From assembly GCA_002269645.1 (NCBI GenBank), contig NIVC01000131.1, positions 186,001 through 250,000 of the forward strand: a stretch of 64,000 nt of DNA. Direction: 5' to 3'. Numbering within the stretch: the first letter of the stretch is position 1; the number at the start of each line of letters is the position of its first letter. Under the pieces are notes generated by a model that was not told where the DNA came from, searched no databases, and saw only the letters and a list, made by a program, of their open reading frames with translations. This stretch comes from Macrostomum lignano (lineage: Eukaryota). A program made the translations under genes and the position numbers. This document shows, piece after piece, positions 36,500 through 48,028 of the stretch.

Positions 36500-37610
36500 A
36501 GTAGACTGGCACTGACTCCGCACTTTGACAGCCACAGACTGGCACTGACTCCGCACTCTAATAGCCACAGACTGGCACTGACTCCGCACTCTGACAGCCA
36601 CAGACTGGCACTGACTCCGCACTCTAACAGCCACAGACTGGCACTGACTCCGCACTCTAACAGCCACAGACTGGCACTGACTCCGCACTCTAACAGCCAC
36701 AGACTGGCACTGACTCCGCACTCTAACAGCCACAGACTGGCACTGACTCCGCACTCTAACAGTCACAGAGTGGCACTGACTCCGCACTCTAGCAGCCACA
36801 GACTGGCACTGAATCCGCACTCTAACAGCCAGACTGGCACTGACTCCGCACTCTAACAGCCACAGACTGGCACTGACTCCGCACTCTAACAGCCACAGAC
36901 TGGCACAGATTCCGCACTCTAACAGCCACAGACTGGCACTGACTCCGCACTCTAACAGCCACAGACTGGCACAGACTCCGCACTCTAACAGCCACAGACT
37001 GGCACTGACTCCGCACTCTAACAGCCACAGACTGGCGCTGACTCCGCACTCTAACAGCCACAGAGTGGCACTGACTCCGCAATCTAACAGCCACAGACTG
37101 GCACAGACTCCGCACTCTAACAGCCACAGACTGGCACAGACTCCGCACTCTAACAGCCACAGACTGGCACTGACTCCGCACTCTAACAGCCACAGACTGG
37201 CACAGACTCCGCACTCTAACAGCCACAGACTGGCACTGACTCCGCACTCTAACAGCCACAGACTGGCACTGACTCCGCACTCTAACAGCCACAGACTGGC
37301 ACTGACTCCGCACTCTAACAGCCACAGACTGGCACTGAATCCGCACTCTAACAGCCACAGACTGACACAGACTCCGCACTCTAACAGCCACAGACTGGCA
37401 CTGACTCCGCACTTTGACAGCCACAGACTGGCACTGACTCCGCACTCTAACAGCCACAGACTGGCACTGAATCTGCACTCTAACAGCCACAGACTGGCAC
37501 AGACTCCGCACTCTAACAGCCACAGACTGGCACTGAATCCGCACTCTAACAGCCACAGACTGGCACTGACTCCGCACTCTAACAGCCACAGACTGGCACT
37601 GAATCCCGCG
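36500..37610. repeat. 33-bp minisatellite (GGCACTGACTCCGCACTCTAACAGCCACAGACT)
   Basis: Tandem units. Confidence 0.95.
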
Positions 37611-37625
37611 CTCTGTTGGCCACAA

Positions 37626-37850
37626 TCAAATCTTAGCCCGATCCAGCACTCCGTCATCCCGCTGAAGTGCCCGAATCTCGCTCAGCAGTCGCAGCCTGTC
37701 GACTTCTCGTGCCGTCAGTAAGCCGTCGCCGCCGCTGTCGCCGCCGAGGCTGGAGCCGGCCCACAGCAGGTAAAGGAACATGGCCATTGAGGTGGCTGTC
37801 AGCAATATTGAAATGCCGAAAAGGAACCAGCAGATCTGCCTGCCAGCCAT
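37626..37850 (-). CDS. Possible 74-aa single-pass membrane peptide
   Basis: ATG-initiated ORF in non-repetitive GC-rich sequence, with a 25-residue hydrophobic stretch (ICWFLFGISILLTATSMAMFLYLLW) followed by a charged tail; family not recognised. Confidence 0.35.
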   Translation of the reverse strand: MAGRQICWFLFGISILLTATSMAMFLYLLWAGSSLGGDSGGDGLLTAREVDRLRLLSEIRALQRDDGVLDRAKI

Positions 37851-38389
37851 GCGGAGAAGTTTTTATTGTCTCGACTTGCAAGTGCGACTGCGGTTTGGGC
37901 AGGCGGGCCATTTTCGATACTCTTTAGCTTTATAGCGGAGTGGGAGAAACGGGGAAGAGGAGAGAGGGGGGAGGGGAGGGGCTGGGAGAAGCCGAGGGGA
38001 TTAAGAGCGGGATCCAGCGGGCGATAGGGTAGAGGAGGCTTCACCAACTTATGCTACCTGCCCAGCAGTTGCAGCAGGTCTGGCGGGATGCCGCCGCTAA
38101 GCTGCCTCTTCCGCACGGCTGTTTAGGGGAGTTAAAAGGGGGTTGGGGTGTGTGGGGAGTGTTTTCCCAGCGCCACGCGAGACTGAATGTGTTTTTTTAC
38201 AACAAGCGAATCAGCAGCGCTTGTAGCAGCAGCTGGCAGAGACATTGCAGAGAGAGAGTTGGAGAATTTTGGCGAGGGACTTCCAGTGTAGCTACATGTG
38301 TAAAGCCTTCGGGCATAGAGTCCTGGACAGAGTGAGAGTCTGGAGCACACTGCTCACGCTTCGTCTACATGTACTCTTTCACGCGGGGC

Positions 38390-38890
38390 GATTTCACAAG
38401 CTTTTATAAACTGGATTTCAAAAACCGCTATAAACTGGAACTCACAAGCCACTATAAACAGGATTTCAAAAACCGCTATAAACTGGAACTCACAAGCCAC
38501 TATAAACAGGATTTCACAAACCGCTATAAACTGGAACTCACAAGCCACTATAAACAGGATTTCACAAACCGCTATAAACTGGAACTCACAAGCCACTATA
38601 AACAGGATTTCACAAACCGCTATAAACTGGAACTCACAAGCCACTATAAACAGGATTTCACAAACCGCTATAAACTGGAACTCACAAGCCACTATAAACA
38701 GGATTTCACAAACCGCTATAAACAGGATTTCACAAACCGCTATAAACTGGATTTCACAAACCACTATAAAGTGGATTTCACAAGCCACTATAAACTGGAT
38801 TTCACAAACCGCTATAAACTGGATTTCACAAACCGCTATAAACTGGATTTCACAAACCACTATAAAGTGGATTTCACAAACCATTTTAAA
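38390..38890. repeat. 24-bp minisatellite with 48-bp dimeric higher order
   Basis: GGATTTCACAAACCGCTATAAACT alternating with GGAACTCACAAGCCACTATAAACA. Confidence 0.9.
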
Positions 38891-39934
38891 CTGGGTTTAT
38901 GGCACCAATGGATTACACGTATGCTACATGCTATCGCAGCCAAGCAGACACAGGAAACAGCGCCAGCACGCAAGGCTGACGCTGTGCAAACAAAAGAATC
39001 TCCACTCGGTTACTTCGCACTCAAAGCCCCTCCAGACTGCATCTGCAGAGCTCAACTCGGGAGTGGATTACGAGGCCTCCCAGCAGCAGATTATAAGCTA
39101 CATCATCGGAGAGGAGACTGGCAGGACAGGCGGGTGAGAGGGCGGGGAGAATTCCCCCACAGAATCAATAATAGAAAGCAGGCTGAAGGGTATTGGGAAG
39201 GGCGAAGGGCAAACACAGCGGGATAGCGGCGCTGGGGAGCAAACACGATCGACTAGGCGGTCTCTTCAATGATTTCTCTAGATGGATCCCCAGGCTGGCA
39301 TGCAAGGAGCGATGGAGCGCAGAAACCTGTCCAGAATCCCAGCCCAAGCTCAGCGTTCATTTTCATCCCCTCTCAGCTATATGCATCAGCTATTTTTACG
39401 CAACTCCAGCATTTGCCTCCACCAGCGCCGGCCGGGGATAATTGAAAATTGATCCCCTACCCCGAGCGCCCCCCGGCCAGCATCCCAATTAAAGTGGCAT
39501 AGCGGCATCGATTAGTATATCTAATATTATATTAGAAATAAAGGGGAAGAAAGCGAACGAGGATGGAATATTCCGGCTCTCCGTCAAAGAGGAGCAGCGC
39601 TGCACGCAGATGCGCGGACACGAATCCTAATCCCGGGCGAAGGGGAAGATGGGATATAATTCTAACTGACCCCAAATCTTTAGCCCAGCAGGGCTGGGAA
39701 GTTCGATTAAATAATATGCATAAAATCCAGCAGTCAGGCTGGCTCAGTCTATATATTTATACTGCATAGGCAGAGTTGTGCATTCCGCGGTTCCCTCAAG
39801 TCCTGCTGTTATTAATATTAATAATAATTGGATTGGGAACTCGTGCCGACTGTGACTGTCAGAAAATTGGAAGTCAGGCTCTGATTAAAATAACTTGAAT
39901 TATGTGTACAATTCGTGGTATGGACGGGTTCGGG

Positions 39935-40620
39935 TGTGGGGCAGAGCCCACACTGGGGTGTTGGGGCAGAGCCCATACTGGGGTGTTAGGGCAGAGCCCA
40001 CACTGGGGTGTTGGGACAGAGCCCACACTGGGGTGTTGGGACAGAGCCCACACTGGGGTGTTGGGGCAGAGACCACTCTGAGGTGTTAGGGCAGAGAGAC
40101 CACACTGGGGTGTTGGGGCAGAGCCCACACTGGGGTGTTGGGGCAGAGCCCACACTGGGGTGTTGGGGCAGAACCCACACTGGGGTGTTGGGGCAGAGCC
40201 CACACTGGGGTTGGGGCAGAGCCCACACTGGGGTGTTGGGGCAGAACCCACACTGGGGTGTTGGGGCAGAGCCCACACTGGGGTTGGGGCAGAGCCCACA
40301 CTGGGGTGTTGGGGCAGAGCCCACACTGGGGTGTTGGGGCAGAGCCCACACTGGGGTTGGGGCAGAGCCCACACTGGGGTGTTGGGGCAGAGCCCACACT
40401 GGGGTTGGGGCAGAGCCCACACTGGGGTGTTGGGGCAGAGCCCACACTGGGGTTGGGGCAGAGCCCACACTGGGGTGTTGGGGCAGAGCCCACACTGGGG
40501 TGTTGGGGCAGAGCCCACACTGGGGTGTTGGGGCAGAGCCCACACTGGGGTGTTGGGGCAGAACCCACACTGGGGTGTTGGGGCAGAGCCCACACTGGGG
40601 TGTTGGGGCAGAGCCCACAC
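39935..40620. repeat. 25-bp G-run minisatellite (GGGGCAGAGCCCACACTGGGGTGTT) with 22-bp variant
   Basis: Tandem units. Confidence 0.95.
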
Positions 40621-41349
40621 ATCAATCAATTAATCAATCAATCATTCAAGAATCTCGTTAATCAGTCGATCAATCAATCAATCGATACTAGTTAACTGCT
40701 CAATTGCCTAATCAAGGGAATCCCTTGAATGATAAATAAACTAACCAATGGCCAGATTCCTTGACAAACCTTGCACTTATCTTATTTAAAACGTTCTGAG
40801 TAAAATACATCTATAAATAATAGACTAAACGTAGTAAAAATATTTTATTCACCAAGCAAAATGAATACAGATCAAACAATTCATTGTTTTGCTAGTCAAT
40901 GAGGCACACAACTTGATACCCCCACTATAAGGTGTGGAAACCACGTAAATGAGCTGGTAGGTATTTATATTTCATTAGAAAATGAATAGAAAGCAATTAG
41001 AGCCAACAATCGAAAATCATTTTTCACTCGGCAAAAGCATAGATAGAAAGAAAAAAGATACGCCAAACAGACTACTAGTAGACAGAATCATACACACAAA
41101 AACAAACATATATTTAAATGAGAATTCTAGAATAAAATCTATGAATACTATATATTACGCTACTGAAAATAAAATTGTGTACAAATCTTCAAGTAGTCAC
41201 AATTTGAATAATACATTTCAGTCAAGAAACAGTGCACTGGAATGTCATCGAAGCTGTTTAATGCTAATGTACAAAACGTACTTAATGTACTTACAGTCCG
41301 AGTCGCAAGCTCGTATAAAACATTTCTATTAGAGCTAAACCCTCCCTTT

Positions 41350-42280
41350 GTATGATCAATCGAAGAATGACCGACAATATCCCTTTGTGACCAATTGAAG
41401 AATGACCGACACTGTCTCTTTATGACCAATTGAAGAATGGCAGACATTGTCCCTTTATGATTAATTGAAGAATGACCAACACTCCTTTTATGATTGATTG
41501 AAGAATGACCGACACACCGCTTTTATGACCAAATGAAGAATGACCGACACTGTCCCTTTATGATTAATTGAAGGACCGACACTCCCTTTATGACCAATTG
41601 AAGAAGGACCAACACTCCCTTTATGACCAAATGAAGAATGACCGACACTGTCCCTTTATGATTAATTGAAGAACGACCGACACTGTCCATTTATGATTAA
41701 TTGAAGAATAACCAACACTGTTCTTTTATGATTAATTGAAGAATGACCGACACTGTATCTTTATGATTAATTGAAGAATGACCAACACTGTTCTTTTATG
41801 ATTAATTGAAGAATGACCAACACTGTCCTTTTATGATTAATTGAAGGACCGACACTCCCTTTATGACCAATTGAAGAAGGACCAACACTCCCTTTATGAC
41901 CAAATGAAGAATGACCGACACTGTCCATTTATGATTAATTGAAGAATGACCAACACTGTCCCTTTATGATTAATTGAAGAATGACCAACACTGTCCCTTT
42001 ATGATTAATTGAAGAATGACCAACACTGTCCCTTTATGATTAATTGAAGAATGACCAACACTGTCACTTTATGATTAATTGAAGAATGACCAACACTGTC
42101 CTTTTATGATTAATTGAAGGACCGACACTCCCTTTATGACCAATTGAAGAAGGACCAACACTCCCTTTATGACCAATTGAAGAATGACCGACATTTGTCC
42201 TTTTATGAACAATTGAAGAATGACCGACAGACACCCTTTATGACCAATCAAGGAATGACCAACATTCCTTTAGATGAAAC
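41350..42280. repeat. ~35-bp minisatellite (TTTATGAYYAATTGAAGAATGACCRACACTGTCC)
   Basis: Tandem units. Confidence 0.9.
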
Positions 42281-42302
42281 AGTCTGGCAAGCTTCAAGTG
42301 CT

Positions 42303-42842
42303 TCACGTGAGGACAAGCAGAGCCAGTAGCAGCCAGAAGGCATTGCATGGCACCAGAAGAAGCGTAATGACAATGAAGGTCAGCCGTTTAACCCGGTGAC
42401 AGCACAGCAGCATGCCAATCAAAGTGCCAATCGCGCCGCCAAAAAATGACAGCAGATGCAGCGAGGCGTCGCCAACTCGATAGGAAGAACGTCGCCGAGG
42501 CTGAGCGGCGAATTTCAAGCAGCGATCGATGGCAACAGCGGCCAGGCTGGCGGCAGAGTGGCCACCGAAGTAGCCCAGCAATACACAGGCCTTGCCGTGC
42601 TGGCTCAGCCACGCAGTCTTGTACACCAGAGCTGCCGACGTGAAACTCAACAGGCACAGGGCTAGCAGGGAGCACAGCTGCCAGAATTTGGGGAAACATC
42701 GGTGCGAATCTTCATCCTGCTCAGTTTCATCTGGCCATTGCAGCCGGCCGTTGCGACCCACGATCAGCGTGCCAACGTCTGTCTGCTGTTGGGTTACCGC
42801 GTCGCTGCCGTTGCTTAGCAACTGCTGAGTCGATTGCGACGA
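42303..42842 (-). CDS. DUF1294 (YsdA-like) membrane protein, terminal exon; start exon not identified
   Basis: Three hydrophobic segments and the motif D...RR...YRVGDASLHLLSFFGGAIGTLIGMLLCCHRVKRLTF, matching the DUF1294 pattern (DK..A....WRIPE..LH...L.GG..GA..GM..F.HKT.K..F). Phase-0 acceptor CTCATCTACCTCTGCAG| at 42843; no in-frame ATG near the start. Confidence 0.7.
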   Translation of the reverse strand, partial: SSQSTQQLLSNGSDAVTQQQTDVGTLIVGRNGRLQWPDETEQDEDSHRCFPKFWQLCSLLALCLLSFTSAALVYKTAWLSQHGKACVLLGYFGGHSAASLAAVAIDRCLKFAAQPRRRSSYRVGDASLHLLSFFGGAIGTLIGMLLCCHRVKRLTFIVITLLLVPCNAFWLLLALLVLT

Positions 42843-42869
42843 CTGCAGAGGTAGATGAGGAATAGAATA

Positions 42870-43262
42870 GGGTCACTGGTGGCCAGGCTGCAGACACACT
42901 GTGGGGTCACTGGTGTCCAGGCTGCAAACACACTGTGGGTCACTGGTGGCCAGGCTGCAGACACACTGTGGGGTCACTGGTGTCCAGGCTGCAAACACAC
43001 TGTGGGTCACTGGTGGCCAGGCTGCAGACACACTGTGGGGTCACTGGTGTCCAGGCTGCAAACACACTGTGGGTCACTGGTGGCCAGGCTGCAGACACAC
43101 TGTGGGGTCACTGGTGGCCAGGCTGCAGACACACTGTGGGTCACTGGTTGCCAGGCTGCAGACACACTGTGGGTCACTGGTGGCCAGGCTGCAGACACAC
43201 TGTGGGTCCCTGGTGGCCAGGCTGCAGACACAGTGGGGTCACTGGTGGCCAGGCTGCAGACG
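42870..43262. repeat. 33/34-bp minisatellite (GGTCACTGGTGGCCAGGCTGCAGACACACTGTG)
   Basis: Tandem units directly upstream of the DUF1294 acceptor. Confidence 0.9.
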
Positions 43263-43774
43263 CTAAATTAGCAAAAAAATAACAACAAAATTTTGTTTCC
43301 AAAGTATCGAAATGAAGCCGATGCAGATGTAATAGTATAATTAGCTGGTCTAAAACAAGAACGTGAGCTGCGTTAGTCTCGTGTTGAGAGCAGGCAGCCG
43401 ACAAGATTCAGCTGACGGTATGTGGCATTATTATTATTTAGTATTATTGCAGAAAGGCGGGGCGCGGGGCTGCTGGGCAAGGGGAGATAGGTTTGTAAAA
43501 GACAATAACTAACTGTAATAGACAAGATGGACGCTACTACTAGACATTCTGCATAATGTAAGCATAAGAGATTACACGAAATATACATCACTGAATATTT
43601 TTAGCTAAGAAGCAGTTCAGTAGTATAGTAAGCAAAGCGCAATGGATAAGCCTCAGACTGTAAATGTGCATAATTTAAGTGCCATCTGCTGACTGCTAGC
43701 GTACTTGGGACCTGCTGGCACTTCAAAGATCTTCTGGCGACATTAAGATTTTACTGACACTTATAGGATCTGTC

Positions 43775-44240
43775 TCAATGATCATCTGACAGTCCCAAGG
43801 ATCATCTGACAGTCCCAATGATCATCTGACAATCCCAATGATCATCTGACACTCCCAATGATCATCTGACAGTCCCAAAAATCATCTGACAGTCCCAAGG
43901 ATCATCTGAAAGTCCCAAGGATCATCTGAAAGAGTCCCAATGATCATCTGAAAGTCCCAAGGATCATCTGAAAGAGTCCCAATGATCATCTGAAAGTCCC
44001 AAGGATCATCTGACAGTCCCAAGGATCATCTGACAGTCCCAAGGATCATCTGACAGTCCCAAGGATCATCTAACAGTCCCAAGGATCATCTGACAGTCCC
44101 AAGGACCATCTAACAGTCCCAAGGATCATCTGACAGTCCCAAGGATCATCTAACAGTCCCAAGGATAATCTGACAGTCCCAAGGATCATCTGACAGTCCC
44201 AAGGATCATCTGAAAGAGTCCCAATGATCATCTGACAGCC
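43775..44240. repeat. 20-bp minisatellite (GATCATCTGACAGTCCCAAG)
   Basis: Tandem units. Confidence 0.9.
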
Positions 44241-45419
44241 TTGCCACCCACTTAATCGGTAACACTACAGGCTGCATTGCATTGCAACTGCACGCATTAG
44301 TATAAATATATTATTTAAAAAGAACCCGGCCAACTGGGCATTGATGAAATTAAAAAATATATAAAATAACCAATTTGGAATACGACCTAAATAAAAAACG
44401 TAACATGCAATTTAATACTTTTAAAAGCAATGCATACATATTGAAAAAGACTGGTCTTGCACAAAACTAATATACAAGAAAGTACAATCTAATTAAAAAA
44501 ATAAGTGGCATAGATAATTTTTGCATAGTTGTCAGAGATCTTAAATAATGTTAACCGAAATCTGTTTAAACAGAAAAGTACAGACATAAGTCAGTCAGAA
44601 GTAACAATACACACAAATTAGTCATGACAGACTGGAATATGGGGCAATATATATGGGGAGATCAACTAGGAAAGCACGGAACAGGTGTCGCATACGCGCA
44701 CGGAGATTGATGGGTTGATTGTACACTTGTGCGTAGGTGAGGCAAGTTGTAGTAACGCCTACTTTAAGTAGCTTGTTGCGTTTAAAAGAAGCATGGAACT
44801 GAGTTTATATAAAGTATCGAGTAATGTATTTCAATAGAAGAAGCACTGGCCGTTAATTTAGTGGTTAGGGTTATCCATATCGCAATACATCTCAGGAAAC
44901 AGTTCAGATATCAATACTGATTAGGTATAAGTGAAATTGTTTATTTATCTGGATAACAAAACAAATTGCAAGGACCAGTGGCGTGGAGAAAGCAGAAAAA
45001 TCTACATTTTTGACAACGATTATAATATATTCTACTATACTGCATGTATAAGTAGTATGAAACAGAAATAGTTATCTACGCTTTTTTGGAAAAGTAGTGG
45101 AAACAATTTTAACAGAAATCCGGGGCTAATCCAGCCGTATTAAGACAAAGGAATGAATTCCTGGACTGAAAACAAAACATTATTATATGTAAGAAGCTTT
45201 AGCAATTAATAAGTGAACACTGCCATCATTATGTAATTCATTCATTCGTCTAGCGGCTATCTGTAAACGCATCGGCGACTAATAACAGACCAAAACACCA
45301 CTGCGCAACAAAGGAGAGCAGAGAGAGAGAGAGAGAGAGAATCTACTTAATATTTCATTATTCTACAAATTAAATCAGCTAATATACATGTAAGACTGAA
45401 TGAGAGATACTGATCTCCT

Positions 45420-46225
45420 AGATAAAGGAGGGAAGGAGATGGAGGGAGAGGGAAGAGAGAAAAAGGACGGGAGGAGAGGGAAGAGAAAGCGAGGAAAAGA
45501 GAGGAAGTAGGGGAGGAGAGAGGAAGCGAGGGAAGAGAGAGGAAGGAGGGGAGGAGAGGGGAGGAGAAGGGAGAGAGAGAGGAAAGGTAAGGAGAGGATA
45601 GGAGAGGGGAGAGGAAGAGAGGAAAGGTAAGGAGAGGGGAGGAGAGGGGAGAGAGAGAGGAAAGGTAAGGAGAGGGGAGGAGAGGGAGAGAGGTAAGGAG
45701 AGGGGAGGAGAGGGGAGAGAGAGAGGAAAGGTAAGGAGAGGGGAGGAGAGGGGAGGAGAAGGGAGAGAGAGAGGAAAGGTAAGGAGAGGATAGGAGAGGG
45801 GAGAGGAAGAGAGGAAAGGTAAGGAGAGGGGAGGAGAGGGGAGAGAGAGAGGAAAGGTAAGGAGAGGATAGGAGAGGGGAGAGGAAGAGAGGAAAGGTAA
45901 GGAGAGGGGAGGAGAGGGGAGAGAGAGAGGAAGGTAAGGAGAGGGGAGGAGAGGGGAGAGAGAGAGGAAAGGTAAGGAGAGGGGAGGAGAGGGGAGAGAG
46001 AGAGGAAAGGTAAGGAGAGGGGAGGAGAGGGGAGAGAGAGAGGAAAGGTAAGGAGAGGGGAGGAGAGGGGAGAGAGAGAGGAAAGGTAAGGAGAGGATAG
46101 GAGAGGGGAGAGGAAGAGAGGAAAGGTAAGGAGAGGGGAGGAGAGGGGAGAGAGAGAGGAAAGGTAAGGAGAGGGGAGGAGAGGGGAGAGAGAGAGGAAA
46201 GGTAAGGAGAGGGGAGGAGAGGGGA
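45420..46225. repeat. Polypurine ~38-bp minisatellite
   Basis: GAGGAAAGGTAAGGAGAGGGGAGGAGAGGGGAGAGAGA-type units. Confidence 0.9.
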
Positions 46226-46332
46226 TGCTATGACAGCAAGTGAAGCAACTGTTGCCAACTCCACATTAACCGCAGCAAGGAAAGCAAAACACAGAACCAC
46301 GCGGTGCCCCCTCCAAGTCGCTATGTCAGTCG

Positions 46333-47010
46333 CTAGAACTCGTCATCGAGCTCGGAGCCGTCCTGCGGTCGCAGCCACTCCTTGGGAATGGCCCGTTCAA
46401 TGAATGGCACAGTAGTGCTGACCGTGGCCAACCTGTTAACCCACTTGGGCAGCGAGGAATTGCAGATAATAGCCAGCATGTTATTGGAGAAGTGATTGCA
46501 ATTCTGTCTAGTCAGGTGATAATCCTTGCCGGTGAATTTCTGCCCGAGATTAACCATGACCTCGTCGATTTCATCCTGCGACAGGTGGGTGCAGCCCAGC
46601 GGTATGCTGGTTTTCAATTTGAAATTCTCGCCAAGCTCTTCGGCGTTCTGCGGCGCGATGGTGAATATACCGGAGGTTTCCGACGGGTGCCCGCCGTAGG
46701 TGTACTCTCGATTGTACACCTGTACGCCTGAGTGATAGATGCCGACTCCGAGGTTGTTGGTATAGCCGTTTGTCCAGTACTGCGAGTTCGGTTTTTGGAT
46801 ACTCGTATAAATCAGTTAAATTTAAATTTGTGTACATTTATACACTGATTGGGGTGCTGCATGGAAGGGCAACTCTCTGGAGATTGAGGAACTTACCATA
46901 TCGTAAACGTTGACAATAACGGGCTCATTAATGTCAAAGGTCATGGAGGTTCCTTCAGCTCCATCCCGGCTGCCCAGCTTCTTCAGCTTTTCCACTATAT
47001 TTTGCAGCAT
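46333..47010 (-). CDS. DESI2: Desumoylating isopeptidase 2 (PPPDE peptidase), 186 aa
   Basis: Exons 47010-46897 and 46779-46333; 117-bp intron ATG|GTAAGT...CTCGCAG|TAC. Motifs VNVYDM|YWTN, GIYHSG (catalytic His), YGGHP and YHLTRQNCNHFS (catalytic Cys). An alternative start at 46944 is possible. Confidence 0.92.
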
Positions 47011-47059
47011 GCATGCAAGGATTGTGGTGTGCGCGTATCAAGTTTGTTGTACAGAAAAC

Positions 47060-47065
47060 TTTATT
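47060..47065 (-). promoter_or_regulatory. AATAAA hexamer 50 nt upstream of the DESI2 ATG (possible distal CPSF3 poly(A) signal); another at 47762-47767
   Basis: TTTATT on the + strand; use not demonstrated. Confidence 0.3.
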
Positions 47066-47164
47066 TAACCAAATTAGATGATTCATTAAAAGTTGACAGC
47101 TTAGTACGTTTCTGAGTAATAATATGAGAAAAAGTTTGCTGTTACAATGGGGTCAGGTAAGAAG

Positions 47165-47575
47165 CTAGTCTGGAGTTTTCATCGGGGTAGGAAGTTGGCA
47201 GGGAGAGAGTGTACTTTGGGGGTGGGAAGTTGGCAGGGAGAGAGTGTACATTGGGATAGGAAGTTGGCAGGGAGAGTGTACATTGGGATAGGAAGTTGGC
47301 AGGGAGAGTGTACATTTGGGGTAGGAATTTGGCAGGTAGAGTGTACCAATTGGGGTAGGAGGTTGGCAGGGAGAGAGTGTACATTGGGATAGGAATTTGG
47401 TAGGGAGAGAGTGTACATTGCGGGGGGTAGGAAGTGGCAGGGAGAGAGTGTACATTGGGGGTAGGAAGTGGCAGGGAGAGAGTGTACATTGGGGGTAGGA
47501 ATTTGGCAGGGAGAGAGTGTACAGGGGGTAGGAAGTTAGCAGGGAGTGTACAGTGGGGTTACGAAGCTGGCAGGA
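47165..47575. repeat. ~35-bp minisatellite between CPSF3 and DESI2, possibly inside a UTR intron (47586-47139)
   Basis: Tandem units; - strand GAGC|GTAAGC donor at 47586 and TAACAG acceptor at 47139 flank the array. Confidence 0.85.
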
Positions 47576-48028
47576 ACGAAGCTTACGCTCGCACATTAAG
47601 TTTAGGCAGCTGGTCGAGAGTGATTGTACAACATTAGGATTAAGGGTCTGATACAGAAAGTGTGTCAATTTGGGGTAGGAAGTTTATACTACATACGAGC
47701 GTATTGTTTAAAATAACTTGAAGTTCGATTTTTGTGCGACGTTTTAGCAACCGGGTCTTAGTTTATTTAAACGCAACAATAACTTAAGCGAATGTGCTGA
47801 CTGATTGGAAAAATACCTGTCTAGGTAGAGTCGGCATTAAGATTAGCAGCATTAAATAGAACTGGAACAGTCTATAAATGCTTACATTAACAACATGAAC
47901 TATTACGGCAAAAGCGTGCACAATTGGAGACGGGAAATCGCAACAAACTCCAGTGGAAAATTGAAGCCAGCTGCGTCATATTTACGATACTAGAAATACA
48001 GCATAAATAAAAAAGGTTCACTTCAAAG

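Noticed and set aside
38940-39441. Possible + strand exon pair (acceptor near 38940, donor GG|GTGAGA near 39133, acceptor near 39282)
   Set aside because: Several frames are open, no recognisable protein, and no start could be linked
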